Source: Vicugna vicugna (Eukaryota). From it: DNA of 64,000 nucleotides. Made by a program: the position numbers and the translations under genes. Positions 25,428 through 37,100 of the stretch are shown here, in pieces. The notes under the pieces are model-generated. The model worked only from the letters and a program-made list of their open reading frames with translations. It was not told the origin of the DNA and did no database searches. The stretch covers positions 3,720,001 through 3,784,000 of the forward strand of contig MU059829.1 of assembly GCA_013265495.1 (NCBI GenBank), written 5' to 3'. Position 1 is the first letter of the stretch. Every line of letters starts with the position of its first letter.

Positions 25428-27484
25428 TTATACTGAGTTCTTTTTCCAGTGAACAAGGTGCACATCCAGGGTGATTCAAGGGAGGCAAAGGGTTTTATTA
25501 AAGCCCTGAAGCTGCCATCTGTTCAGCCTGCCTGTCTTTGGAGTGACGGGCCATCATCCGGTCCACCTGCCTGCAGGTGGTGGTGCTGTGTCTCCAGGCT
25601 ACGATCAGAGAGGCCAAAGCGTCTATGAGTACCTGTGGCACCAGCTGCTGCTGCCTGGAGAGACACGGGTCACCAGGCCAGGGGTTCAAGGCCGACCTCT
25701 GCTGTGTGTGGGTGTGGTGTGTGCAGTCCCAAGCGTAGAAAAGTGCGATCTGGGCGTGGGTCACTGCTCTATACCAGGGCCGTAAATATCGCCTGCACTT
25801 TGCTTTGAGCATGCGTGGAGAGGGACACTTGACTCCTCTAATTAAAATTATTGCCACGAATGCCTCCAAAATTCCCTTTTCTACTGCTAGGGTGGCAAAG
25901 CCACCATTTTGAAGGAACGAGGCACAAGGTCACCCTTCCCACAGCCTTGTTTTAAAACTGAGTGTTTCGGGACCAGGATGAGGGACAGAAACACCCACCA
26001 GTGTACCCTTGCCTCTACACAACGATCGTGAAGGTCAGAGGGGCCTGACTCCCTGGGAAACTTCCTCGAAGATCCACAGGGAAGAACGGCCTCAAGTTGT
26101 CAATAAATCCCTGAGAAGATGCTGGAGAAAAAGCAGCAAGGTGTGGCTGAGGAAAAAGAGGGAAAAAATCAAGAGAGAAGTAACCTGAGTTAAATGTTAA
26201 ATATCAGTGTGAACTCTGAGCCCTAGTCGGGATGGTTATGATCACAGCGGACGTGTGTGTGGCTCCTGCTGTGCCCAGGTGCCACCCCAGGCTCCTGACC
26301 TGGGCTCATCACGTGACCACCAAGCTGTCAGCTGGAGCCTGGGGGCTGGTCCTGCCATCACCCGCATTTTGCAGCTGAGGGCTGAGGCCCCGAGTCAGTG
26401 AGTGCCCCTGGCGCCCACGGCATGGAAGGCGGAGCCAGGTCTGATCGTCCCAGCTCCAGCGTCTGGGTGCTCTGTGTGCAGAGGGGCTGGGAGAGTCAAT
26501 AGGGACGTGGTGAGTGGGGGGATGGAGGCGGGAGGGGGAAGACGAGGAAGCCTTACTTCCAAAGAGTAACTAGCGGTCAGATCCAGCCCGAACACCCTTG
26601 GAGGCCAGGAGGGCAGGCTGGCCACTATGATGGGGCTGTGGTCGCCCCCAGTGGCTCCTTGGAGTGACGCTGACCTCCACAGAGACTGGGAGACTGAGCC
26701 CCGTCTTCTTGAGGGTCCTGTCTCTGAGGGCAGGCTCCCGGGGCCGGGTCTGTAGAGCTGGCGGGAGCCCAGGAGATGTCCCTGCATCTCTGAGTCCGAG
26801 GCTCGAATCGGGAGGAAGACGCCTCAGGTTTGACCGAGCAGAGGGCAGCATCACGGCGTCTTGGTCAGAGTCCGGAAATTTCCAAATGGTTTAAAGAGAA
26901 GAAACCTCACAGCTGGTGGGCTGTCAGCTGACCCCTGTGACAGGACCAGGCCAGCGTCAGTCCAGCAGCAAGATCACGGGTGCGACAGAGGAGGCAAGAG
27001 GGATTTTAGAAATGCTACTCCTGGAGCCTGCTCAGCCGGCTGGTATTTAAATTTCAGGACGTCTTTTATCACCTGAGGAAAACAGAACCCAGTATCATAG
27101 AGTTCGGATCGGCCTTAATGACAGGGAGAGGAAACATTCCGGGCTGTCAAAGCTTTTCCTGTTAGAGAGCAATGTCCTTAATACAAAACGTGACACACCG
27201 TCCACTCTTTGTTTTCCCCAACAGAGGTTTCCTGAGCCCACACAAGCCATCACCTTCCTAGAAGCTGGGGTGTGTGGACACCTCTCTGGGCCAGTCCAGG
27301 AACCTCCTCCCCAGGCCCTGATGGGGGCCCCTGGGGAGCTGTGCGGGGCTGGGGCACCCCGGGCTCCTGGCTGGTGGCTCTCTGCCAGCTCGATGCAGCC
27401 CTGAAGTCGCACGCAAGCCGTCAGGGAACAAACCAGGGGAGAGCAGCCCCATGCCGGTGCACGTCGGCGCGGGAGAGACACTCG

Positions 27485-27801
27485 AAGTTGCCTTTTAAAG
27501 TTTTATTCGTCTGAAGCAAGAGAAAACAGAGAAGAAGGAGGCGCACCCACCCATGGGCTCTCCAACCAGCCTTTTGGAGCCCCCAGATCAGAAAACAGGA
27601 CCACAGTGAGGACAGAACCCCCACGCCAACGTCCGTGAAGACGTCAGCTCACCTCAAGCTGCCAGTCAAGCGGTACAGCCTCCTGGGAATCATTCACTTC
27701 CCCTGAGAAGGCCAGAAACTACTAACACCCAAATGCCAAGACTAAAAGCCCAGGGCGGGACGGCCTGCCTGGCCCCGCGGGTGGCCACCGGCCCAGTGTC
27801 C
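27485..27801 (-). other. MYOM2: MYOM2 3' UTR (about 320 nt; cleavage site approximate)
   Basis: Sequence between the stop codon and the first canonical AATAAA; the end is inferred 15-25 nt past the signal. Confidence 0.7.
27502..27507 (-). terminator. MYOM2: Polyadenylation signal AATAAA of MYOM2
   Basis: TTTATT on + strand, about 295 nt after the stop, preceded by a U/C-rich tract in the transcript. Confidence 0.8.
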
Positions 27802-28119
27802 TCAGTGGGTGGGCGAGGTCGCGGACGCAGGGATGAGCTTGGGCCGGGCCTGCTGGGGCGGCGCCACGTCCGGGAGCGGCTCCCCGTGCTTGTACACGCT
27901 GACCGTGATGTCGATCTTCTCGCCGCCGTACTTGTTCTTGACGCTTATGCTGTACCGGCCCGAGTCCTCGGAGGTCACGCCCTTGATGGTCATGCTGACG
28001 TACTTGGCCTGCTCCACCTTGACCTGGAAGTGCTCACTGAGCTCGATGTCCTTGTCATTCTTGTACCAGACCACCTCGGGGTCGGGGTTCCCGAACACTG
28101 TGCAGGTCAGGTTCAAGGT
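27802..28119 (-). CDS. MYOM2: MYOM2 exon 37 coding part (318 nt incl. TGA), My13: TLNLTCTVFGNPDPEV...KLIPASATSPTH*
   Basis: Within ORF 27802..28251; acceptor CCGCAG|A; stop at 27802-27804. Confidence 0.98.
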   Translation of the reverse strand, partial: TLNLTCTVFGNPDPEVVWYKNDKDIELSEHFQVKVEQAKYVSMTIKGVTSEDSGRYSISVKNKYGGEKIDITVSVYKHGEPLPDVAPPQQARPKLIPASATSPTH

Positions 28120-31100
28120 CTGCGGGGAGGGCGGGGTGGGGGGAGAGAAGGGAGCGTTAGAGAAAGAACAGGCAGGCGGCCTCGGAGTGGGCGGGGTGCT
28201 CCTCTGTCCTTCACGTTGTTTACTCAACGTGCTCTTTACGTATGTGAGCACCAGGCTAGACAGCAGGGATCCAGCTAGAGCAGGAAGCAGGGCAGCCTGT
28301 GAGGAAAGTCAACGGTGCTCTTTTCTGTTTATCCTCAAGCTTAATCCATGGCTTAGTCGATTTAAAAACATGAAGGTAGTCAAGCCCTGTGTTTCCAGTG
28401 GGTATTTTCAGCCTGTTTCTAATTTTCTTCCTGTGCAGACGTGTGAACCCCCTTCACCAGCTCCTTCAGCAAATCCAGAGAATACACTGTCTAATGGTAA
28501 ATGGCACTGTTGACACTGAGTGAAACACGCTTTCCTTCCACGACAAAGGAAGTGGGTGCTAATTTCTCCACCTTTGTTGTGAGATCCTTAACTGTTCAGC
28601 CACAGCTCTTCAGCTGCTGAAGAAAAGGGCGATAGATTTGGGTATTCTGGCCTCAAAAAAATCCCCCCAAGTGACTGTGTCCCCGTGACACTAAGGTGGG
28701 ATCACTCAAGCACCCAGAGAAGTTACCAGTTAGATGTCAGTAATGCCACTGACAGGTGACAAATTAAGACTCCAATGAATGGTTCCCAACATACATTCCA
28801 AAACGACCTTGAAATTGAGCAGAGGTGGTTTTCTATTTCCCACTTGACGAGGTGGCTCCCAGCTTTGCACACAGTGGGGGTCGTGCAGCAGTGGGTGTGG
28901 CCCCCCCGCCCCGCTCCTTGTTCAGTGATGCCCTTGAACGGGCCTGGCGTCAGCACCAGGTGGGTGCCCAGGGCTGGAAACACCAGTTGCCACAAACACG
29001 GCCATGTATTGTGTGCCCAGCGCCGTGAGGCCGCTGCGTTTGGACTCGGAATGTTAGACTGTTCCGTCCCTTGACGACACAGGTCATCGGGGGCAGCCTG
29101 GGCCCGGCAGGACGTGGTCACCCTGCCCCCCACCCCGAGCATCCCCACCTGCTCTCACCTTGCCCTCCATGATGGTCACCACGTCAGGTAAGCCACCGAT
29201 CACCTTGCCACGATCTGCAACGGGAAACCAACTTGGCTGAGGAAACCTGTCCACAGGGGCGTCCCGGGGGGGTCGGGCCCCGGGCTGAGCCCCCAGGGCA
29301 CAGAAGGCAGGCAGGAGGGGCTGTGCTCCTCGGGAGGGCCCGCGGATGCGGCAGCGCGGCGGGGGCGGGGCTCGGGGCGGGGCGAGTGACTGATTCTGCG
29401 CTGTGAAAAGCTCTACAGGAAATTCGGGCTGAGAGGCTTTGAGGACGAAGATTTCACCTAGGGCTCAACTCGTCAGCTGTAATTGGTCGGGAAGCGGGGT
29501 CTCGGCATATCGAGAGAGGGTCTGCGACGGCGGTGTGCTACAGAGATGCGTGTGTTCTCTGTCTATCATGATGCTCTCGCATCCCAAACCCTCTTGACGC
29601 CAAGAGCCCGGCCAGGCCAGGTGCCAACAGCCCAGCCAGGCCAGGCCTCCCCCGTCTGCCCTGCACCCAGGAGGCGATGTTCCTCTGCCAGAATTACCCA
29701 GGCCGGGAGCAAGGCAGCCAGGAACACCCGTGGAGCCCAAAGTCCAACAAAATCATTCAAACCAGCCAGTTTTACGGGCTCCCCCCGCCCTGGAAACCCC
29801 AACAAAGGCCATAGCCTCAGTCCCCCTCCCTCCCATCTTCTGCCTCCTGACACCCTGACCACCCCCACGTGGCCCGTGTGGTCCTGTCTCAGGACCCGAG
29901 AGCACAGTACACCGTTCCCTGAGCCTCCCCTGCGTCCCCTCTCATGGCTGCCCCGGACTGACTGTCGTGTAAAAGGCCACAGAACAGGTGGCAGAGGCTG
30001 GGAGGCAGACAGGGGTCCAGGGAAGGAGGAGGGGCAGGGGTGAGTGGGTGGGAGCCGGAGGGAGGGTCTCCTGTCAGGTGAGACGGTTTTCTGTGTATTA
30101 TTTAAAGCATAAAATGAATAAACTACTGCCCCTTCTGCCCCACCCAAATAATGATGTATTACACTCGTTATAATCTCACAGGTACTTACTTTTCTCTGCA
30201 AAAGCAGCTGCCCTGAAAACCACGGGGGCGGAGAGGAGAGAGCAAACAGAGTGGTGAGAACAGGCTATCTACCAAAGCATCACACGTGAGCGGGGGCAGC
30301 ACAGGAGGAGGGAGGCACGTGCGCTTCTAGGAAAACCCATTCGGGCCGCGGGACCTGGGGACCTGGGGACCTGGATCCTGGTGTTTCTCCCGATGCCCCT
30401 CCCTGCCCACGTGGGGTGGGCGTGCCCTGTCTCCCAGCTGCTAAAGCCCACAGAAAGGTTAGCACTCGGGCTCAGGCTGGAGAGAGCTCTGTCTTCACCA
30501 GATCCACCCAACTGCACTGGAGGGTTTATGGGTTTTGGTGAAAACATTGGTTTCCGATTTTCCTTAGTCATCCATTCAACGAATAGTTACTGACTAGCCT
30601 GGTGTGGGACAAGGATGGCCCTCAGTTTAAGACACTCTAAAATTTAGATGCACATTTAAAAATCCCAAGGTATTCCTTAAAAAGTTGCTCTGGACAACGG
30701 GATATTGTCCAGCACTACAGAAAAATGAGCAATCGAGCCACGAGACAATGCAGGAGCGGGTTAAGGGCACGTGGCTAGGAAAGCCTTCCTTTAACTTAGA
30801 GCCGGCCCTCCAGCATCTCGGGTCTGCGTGCGCGGGGTCAGCCGACTGCAGACCACCTGGCACTGTCGGGTTTACTACTGAAAAAGATTCACGTGTAAGC
30901 AGACCCACAAAGTTGAAACCCGTGTTGTTCAGAGTCAGTGGTATGGNNNNNNNNNNNNNNNNNNNNNNNNNTGGGGGTGGGGGTCCGCGGGGAGGGGGGA
31001 GGACGGGGGAGCACAGAGGTTCTGGGGCAGTGAAGCTGCTCTGTGTGACACTGCAATGGCAGGCACATGACATTAGACACTCGTCCAAGCCCCCAGAACG

Positions 31101-34100
31101 TTCAGCAGCAAGAGGGAGCCCCCGTGTAAACCATGGGCTCGGGGTGATGGTGATGTGTCCATGGAGGGTCCCTGGATGTTGCAAATGGACCATCTGGTGG
31201 AGGTGCTGGCAGTGAGGGAGGCTGTATGGGGGGACAGGGGGCACGGGACATCTGTGTACCTTCCTCTCAGTTTTGTCCTGAACCTGAAACTGCTCTAAAA
31301 AAATAAAAGTCGCAAAAAAGAACTTAAATATATAACATTTTAAACAAAACTGCTCTGTGTGATGTGTTGCTATGATTAAAACTATTCTAGAAATTCAGTG
31401 TTTTAATCATCTAAAGCAACCCAGGATTATCACCACTCTGAAGTTAATTCATAGAAACACTTCTAGTTCAGAAGAACACCTTCGTCTACATATTGAGTTG
31501 TTTAAATTGCCATTATTATCCCAGTTCCCGGGAACATCACGTTCCTTGGGTCATTCAGGCATCCCCAGAGGTCCCCACCCTCAGCCAAAGCAAGGCCACT
31601 CAGCCGCACCCCACAGGGAAGAGCAGTGACCAGACGTGCAAGTCTTACTTGAGTTGCTGGAACTCTGCGAACGCCTCGTCAAAAGCTGCAAGGGAAAATT
31701 CATACATTATTAACCGTCTCACTGTGTTTGGCTTTTCTTCATCCCCTCAGCTGCTCTGCCGGTGACTCTGCTTAATGAAAACTGACAAACAGCCAAGTGA
31801 ACGCGGTGATTGCTGGGAAGTGATCTTCTCTGAATGAAAATCGTGGAATCAGGTTGCTTCCCTTCCAGCATCAAGTTCCCCTCGACCACGAAGAGAGTCG
31901 CTAAGCACAACGTTAACAGGCGCTAAAGAGGTGCTCTGACCTTGACCAGACAGGTCCAGGGAGCGCTGGTGTCTATCTTTGCCGTCAAAGATCTCGAAGG
32001 TGTATTTCCCCTTGTCCTTCTCCGTGGGCTCATAGATCTGCAGCCAGGCCATCTCCTCGCTCCCTCCAATCCTCATGTGCTCACTCGAGGCAATCTTAGC
32101 ATCCCTTTAAAAAAGTCACAGGAACAAACTGCAATTTAGAATCTCGTCTTATCTGCAAGGTGCCTCCGGGCCAGCATCCCAGGTCCCCGCGAGGCAGCCT
32201 CCTCTGACTTGCTAGCGTTCACGTGGTCATCGATTTTTCTGTATGTTACACGTTCACTAATTGACTTCAGTCGCTCAGCTCTGAAAACTTGTAAAAGTAA
32301 ATCTGAAGTTAGTTTTAAAAGACACATTGTTGTTTAACATCTGCCTGTTGCCCACACAGCACAGACGATCAGATACTCTATGCAGCATGGCACTTTTCTG
32401 CTCAAAACTTAAAAATAGAATCACCGTATGACCCCGTGATTGCACGTCTGGACAGATACCCAAAAGAACTGAAAGCAGGGACTCGAACAAACATTTGTAC
32501 ATCCGTGTCCATAGCATTGTTCCCCACAACAGCCAAAAGGTGGAAATAACCCAAGTGTCCATCTAGAGGTGACGGACAAACTGTGGTGCATCCGCACAAT
32601 GGAGTAATATTGAGCCTTAAAAAGGGAGGAGACTCTGACACCTGCTACAATCTAGATGGGCCTGGAGGACATCGTGCTGAGTGTCAGTCACAAAAGGACA
32701 ACTAGGGTGTGACTCCACCTGCAGATCGTTGGGGGCCCGGGCAGGGGGAGCCGGGGGGGCGGGGGTTGTGGGTGGCGGGTGCGGAAGGCAAGCTGTGCAG
32801 ACCAGTGGTGGTGGCGCGGCAACATGAGTGCCCCCGAGCTGCTCGCCCAGCGGTGGTTAAAATGGGAAATTGTACGTTTTGTGTATTTCACCACAATTTA
32901 TAAAGCTCAACATAAAGTTTGAGCACCAGCTACCATTCCTGCCTCCTCAGAAAGCGTGAGCCCTGCGCCAGCTGTGCGGGGCGTCCAGGGACAGAGAGTT
33001 CACACCTTCACGGCATCGAGTGAACGTGAGTTACTTCCGAAAGCCCCTTGGGTTTAGCGGGAGCGGAGGAGGATTTGCGGAAGTTCGAGTCACGGGCACT
33101 TGAAGCCCAGGACTTCGGCCAGACAGGAGCCTGCACGTGGGTCCGTCTCTCTCCTGCAGCAGCTCCGGGAGGCGGGCGCTCGGTGCTCGGCCGGGCGGGT
33201 CCGGCAGAGGACTCCCCGCAGCGCATCCGGCACCTCGCGGCCCCTGCCTGGGACCCTGCTCCGCCGTGTAGCTGTTTCCCAGCACTGTCGCTTACTAGTC
33301 GTGTGACTTTGAGCAAGATGATTTCTTGCTAAACCTCAGTTTCCACGTCTGTAAAATGTGGGTGTTGGTACCCGGCTCGCGGGGCTTTTGTGAGGGTAAG
33401 CGAAGTCTTGTGTGCTGTGTTTACCACACACTAACCGCCCCCACGTGCGTCTGCCCGCGTGCCCCACCCTGTGCTCACGGGGGTGTGGCCTGTGTCTGCG
33501 CCCAGCACAGAGCGAGCTGCTCCCGGGGAGGCAAGGCCGGGGAAGGAGCCGGCTCCCCGGCGGATGGACGGGTCTTCAGGGGAAGACAGGACGCGTGTCA
33601 CAACTACACACAACCTTCTGCAACACAATGCGCCGCAGACGACAGAGACGCACAGGGCAGGAAGCGATGGATTCTCCTTTTCCGGGGCGAGGCTCGATTC
33701 AGCTAGAAACAGATCAACCCGTCGGCCTAAAACACAAATCCTTATAAACAACTGCATCACAGAAACACACTGGAGATTTCAGTCTCCACAGCCCCTGTGA
33801 CTGGAATCCTTTAGGGAAAACACTGCCGCTAAGGCCCTTCCCGACCAGCCCCTCGGGTGGGAGCTCCAGTAGCCCCCCTGCCGCAGCCGCCCCCACCAGC
33901 CCGCAGCAACGCAGGCACCAAACGTGGCGCACCGAGACGCCGCTGCAGCTTCTCGTCTGAGGATCCCGAGTGCAGCGTCTGAGACAAAAGCACGGCCTGT
34001 CAAAGTCCAAACAGGAGGAAAGACTCCCAAGGGCGCTTACCCGGTTAGCACTTGGGTTCACTCACGGATAGATTCACCTAAACAAAAGGGTGGCTCTACA

Positions 34101-37100
34101 AGGAAGAGCATCCTAAAGGCAGTTTGCCTTTTGAGATGCTAATTAGAGGAAATAACTCCTGCAGGCACAGCGTGGACCCTGCGGGGGGGGGGGGGCTGCC
34201 AGGCCTTTGGGGGCCTTTTCAGTCCATCTGGTGGGAAACAAATAGACTGGAAATTGAGGGTGTGGCTTCCAAATGCTGTTTCCCCACTAGCTCGGCCAGA
34301 TTCCAGACAAGTCGTGTGTCACCAGCAACACCCCCAAGTTTTGAGGACCTCTGCCTCTGGCACCTCCGGGCATTTCTTTCTCTCTCTTTCCCCCCACTTT
34401 CCGGCGACGGCCCCCGCCCCGAGCCAAAGGCTGCATCCTTTCTCTAAACAGCAAAGTCTGGAGAGGACCCAGCCCCGAGCTCGAGGTCCCAGCTGTGAGC
34501 CGGCCCCGGCCCCGCACGCGGGTACTTACTTGTGATACCAGTTCACTTTCATATCTTCCATGAAATATGTCATGAAACACTGAAGTTTGATTCCTTCCGG
34601 GGTGCAGAGTACCTTCAGGGGAGACGCCGACGTTCCTGCAGGAGACAGAGCACACTCTGGTCGGGGGAAGCCGCGCTGTGTCCAGCGGACAGGCGCGGCC
34701 CCCAGAGGTGCCCGCCATGTCTGGGGGGAAATGTGCCTGCTCGCTGACAGCCTAGCATCTGCCAGCCACAGAGTCCTGCAGTTTGCCCAGGTCATCGTCC
34801 TTCATCAAATACGCATTTGCCACACCGGAATCGTCTGAAAACCTCTTTGCTGGGAGACCCCATCTGGGACACAGACGTTAAAGACTCGACATCTGGCCTT
34901 GGCAGCTGAGGAAGAGGAGGAAATGTCGTGCAAAGAGCACTGTGCCGGGTACGTGCTGCGCGATCTGCCAGGTGAACGACCTGGGACTTGGCTGCTGCAG
35001 AACAGCGCCTAAAGGGAGGTGACGAGTCAGCGGAAGTGACACAGGCGGAGCCAAGGACACGGCAGCCAGGGGTCTGCCTTCGAGGTGAGCGAAACTGGCT
35101 AAGAGGGCAGCAGAGACCGCGGGCAGTAAGAAAATCCTACGAAGTGGGACTGGGCCCGATGGCCCTGGGGTGGGTGGGTCAGCGGCGGGGGGTGGGGGGC
35201 GATCAGGGGCCCAGAAGGTCAGCCTCTCCCCCGGACGATAGCGAGCTTGGAGCAGAGGCTGCTATGAGACACGTAACTTTAGGAAGTCCGTAGACTCACG
35301 GTCTTCCGTCAGCTAGAAAGTAATACTTGCAGCATTTGCAAAATAAAAGAAAAGAATGTGAATTCAAACTGCGGATGAGGGTGTGATGGGGAAAGAATTT
35401 TCAAAATGCCACTTCTTGGGTTTGCTAAGCAACTGCAGATTTGATATGAACCCCAGAGTCACACAGGACTCTGCACAGTCACTGTATTTCCAGGAATTCA
35501 CCCAAAGCAAATACTCCTAAATATTGACAAAAGCCTCTCTTTGCCCAAAGGTGTGCATGACTGTATAGTTAATTGTAGTGACGGGAACGTGGCAGTGTCC
35601 CTGCAGAGGAGGGTCTAACCCGCAGCACAGAGAGTCCGTGACAAGCCAGGCAGTGGTTAGAAACAGTAGGTATAAAATCTGTATAAAACCCAGTTATCAC
35701 GGAGTACGTGAAAAGAGAAGCAATTATGACTCTAACGTAAAGACACAGAAATCGAACTGAGAACAGTCCTGCCTGTGACGCTCTGTATTTACACACACGT
35801 CGCAGATCCAGCGACACTCGCTCCTCCCCGTCCCGACGTCGCACACGGGACGGAACGCAGCGTCCAGCAGCACCAGGCCTGGTGCCTCGGGGACCAGAGC
35901 CTGACCCCGGTGCTGCCGGACCTCCCGCGCCTTCTCTCCGCCCCCAGAACTCTCAGGGAAGCCCACGTGGTCCTTCCAGGCACCGGCATCTCCGACCCAA
36001 GACCCTGGGAACCGGAGGAAATGGGCCCTTCCCTGAGCATGTTCACTTTTCGAGAGGCCACGTGGACCGTCTGTGTGACGAGCAGAAGCAGAAGGGAGCA
36101 ACCGCACCCTGCAGAGCTGCTTCGAGAAAGCACTGCAGACACACACGGAGAAGTTCCCAGAGGGGGCCAGAAGAACCCTGAGAGACGGCAGCGGAGCTCG
36201 GGCCTGGGAGGGACACTAGCTCCCAGCTGGAGTCCCGACTGCGGCTGGCGGAGCACGCAGGGCGCAGCCACCCAGCTGCTGTCGGCCTTGGGACTTTGCT
36301 GGAGGTGTAAACTGGGCGACTTTGGAAAGCCCACGGTCGTGAGGTTTCATCGGTCTCAGCATCGAGCCCTGTACCGATGGAAGCTACGATTGTCAAATGG
36401 GTAACCACAACCTCTGTTCTCACAGGTTCCGCGGGAGGGCAGACAGAGAGGAAGAAGGCATTTGCAAAGCTGAAAACTGGTTTCGTGCACATTAAACCAG
36501 ACGCAAAACCAGAGGCTTAAAAATTCATTGCTGCTGCCCAGCATCTGCAGTGAAGACGCTGGCAGCAATTAGGCACAGAGCGCCGCCCCCACTGACCCGC
36601 GGCGAATTGCAACAAGTGGCTAATCAGGCAGCCCGGACTGAGCCTGTTTTGTCCTTTTTTTTAAAGAAAAAACGTGTTCTACGTATAAGGCTGAAAATCA
36701 CCCTGAAGAAGCATCACTGAGGCAGGCGGATAACTGCTACAGGCGATCACCGGGGCCCCATCAGCTGTGGAAAATGCCTTTCTCAGGAAACAGTGATTTT
36801 TAGCACCCAAAATGACTTGCAAATTAGAAGGCACGTACTTACCACAGACTCTGCTCATTGCCAAGATCATATCCTCGTACACTGAAAGGAGGAAGGAAAT
36901 GCACCATTACGATGGGTAATTCTATCAGCAGCACATTCACGTGTAATTGAATTGATACAGGAAATCAGGATGTTCTTTTGAAAAATGAAATGCTAACAGG
37001 GCAACAGGGAGCCAGGAAAGGCTCGTGTGTGGCGATAAGTCCTCCTAACCTGGTCCCTTTTTAAACGAGGAACAAGAACACTTGACTCAACGTAAATCCA

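Noticed and set aside
27511-27540. Acceptor-like pyrimidine tract plus CAG just before the MYOM2 AATAAA
   Set aside because: It would define a terminal exon of only about 25-30 nt; more simply the U-rich upstream element of the poly(A) site.
27733-28513. + strand ORFs 27733..28278 and 27809..28513
   Set aside because: Antisense shadows of the GC3-rich MYOM2 last exon.
32407-32420. MEF2-like TTAAAAATAG
   Set aside because: Falls in the L1MB fragment, where this sequence is part of the repeat consensus.
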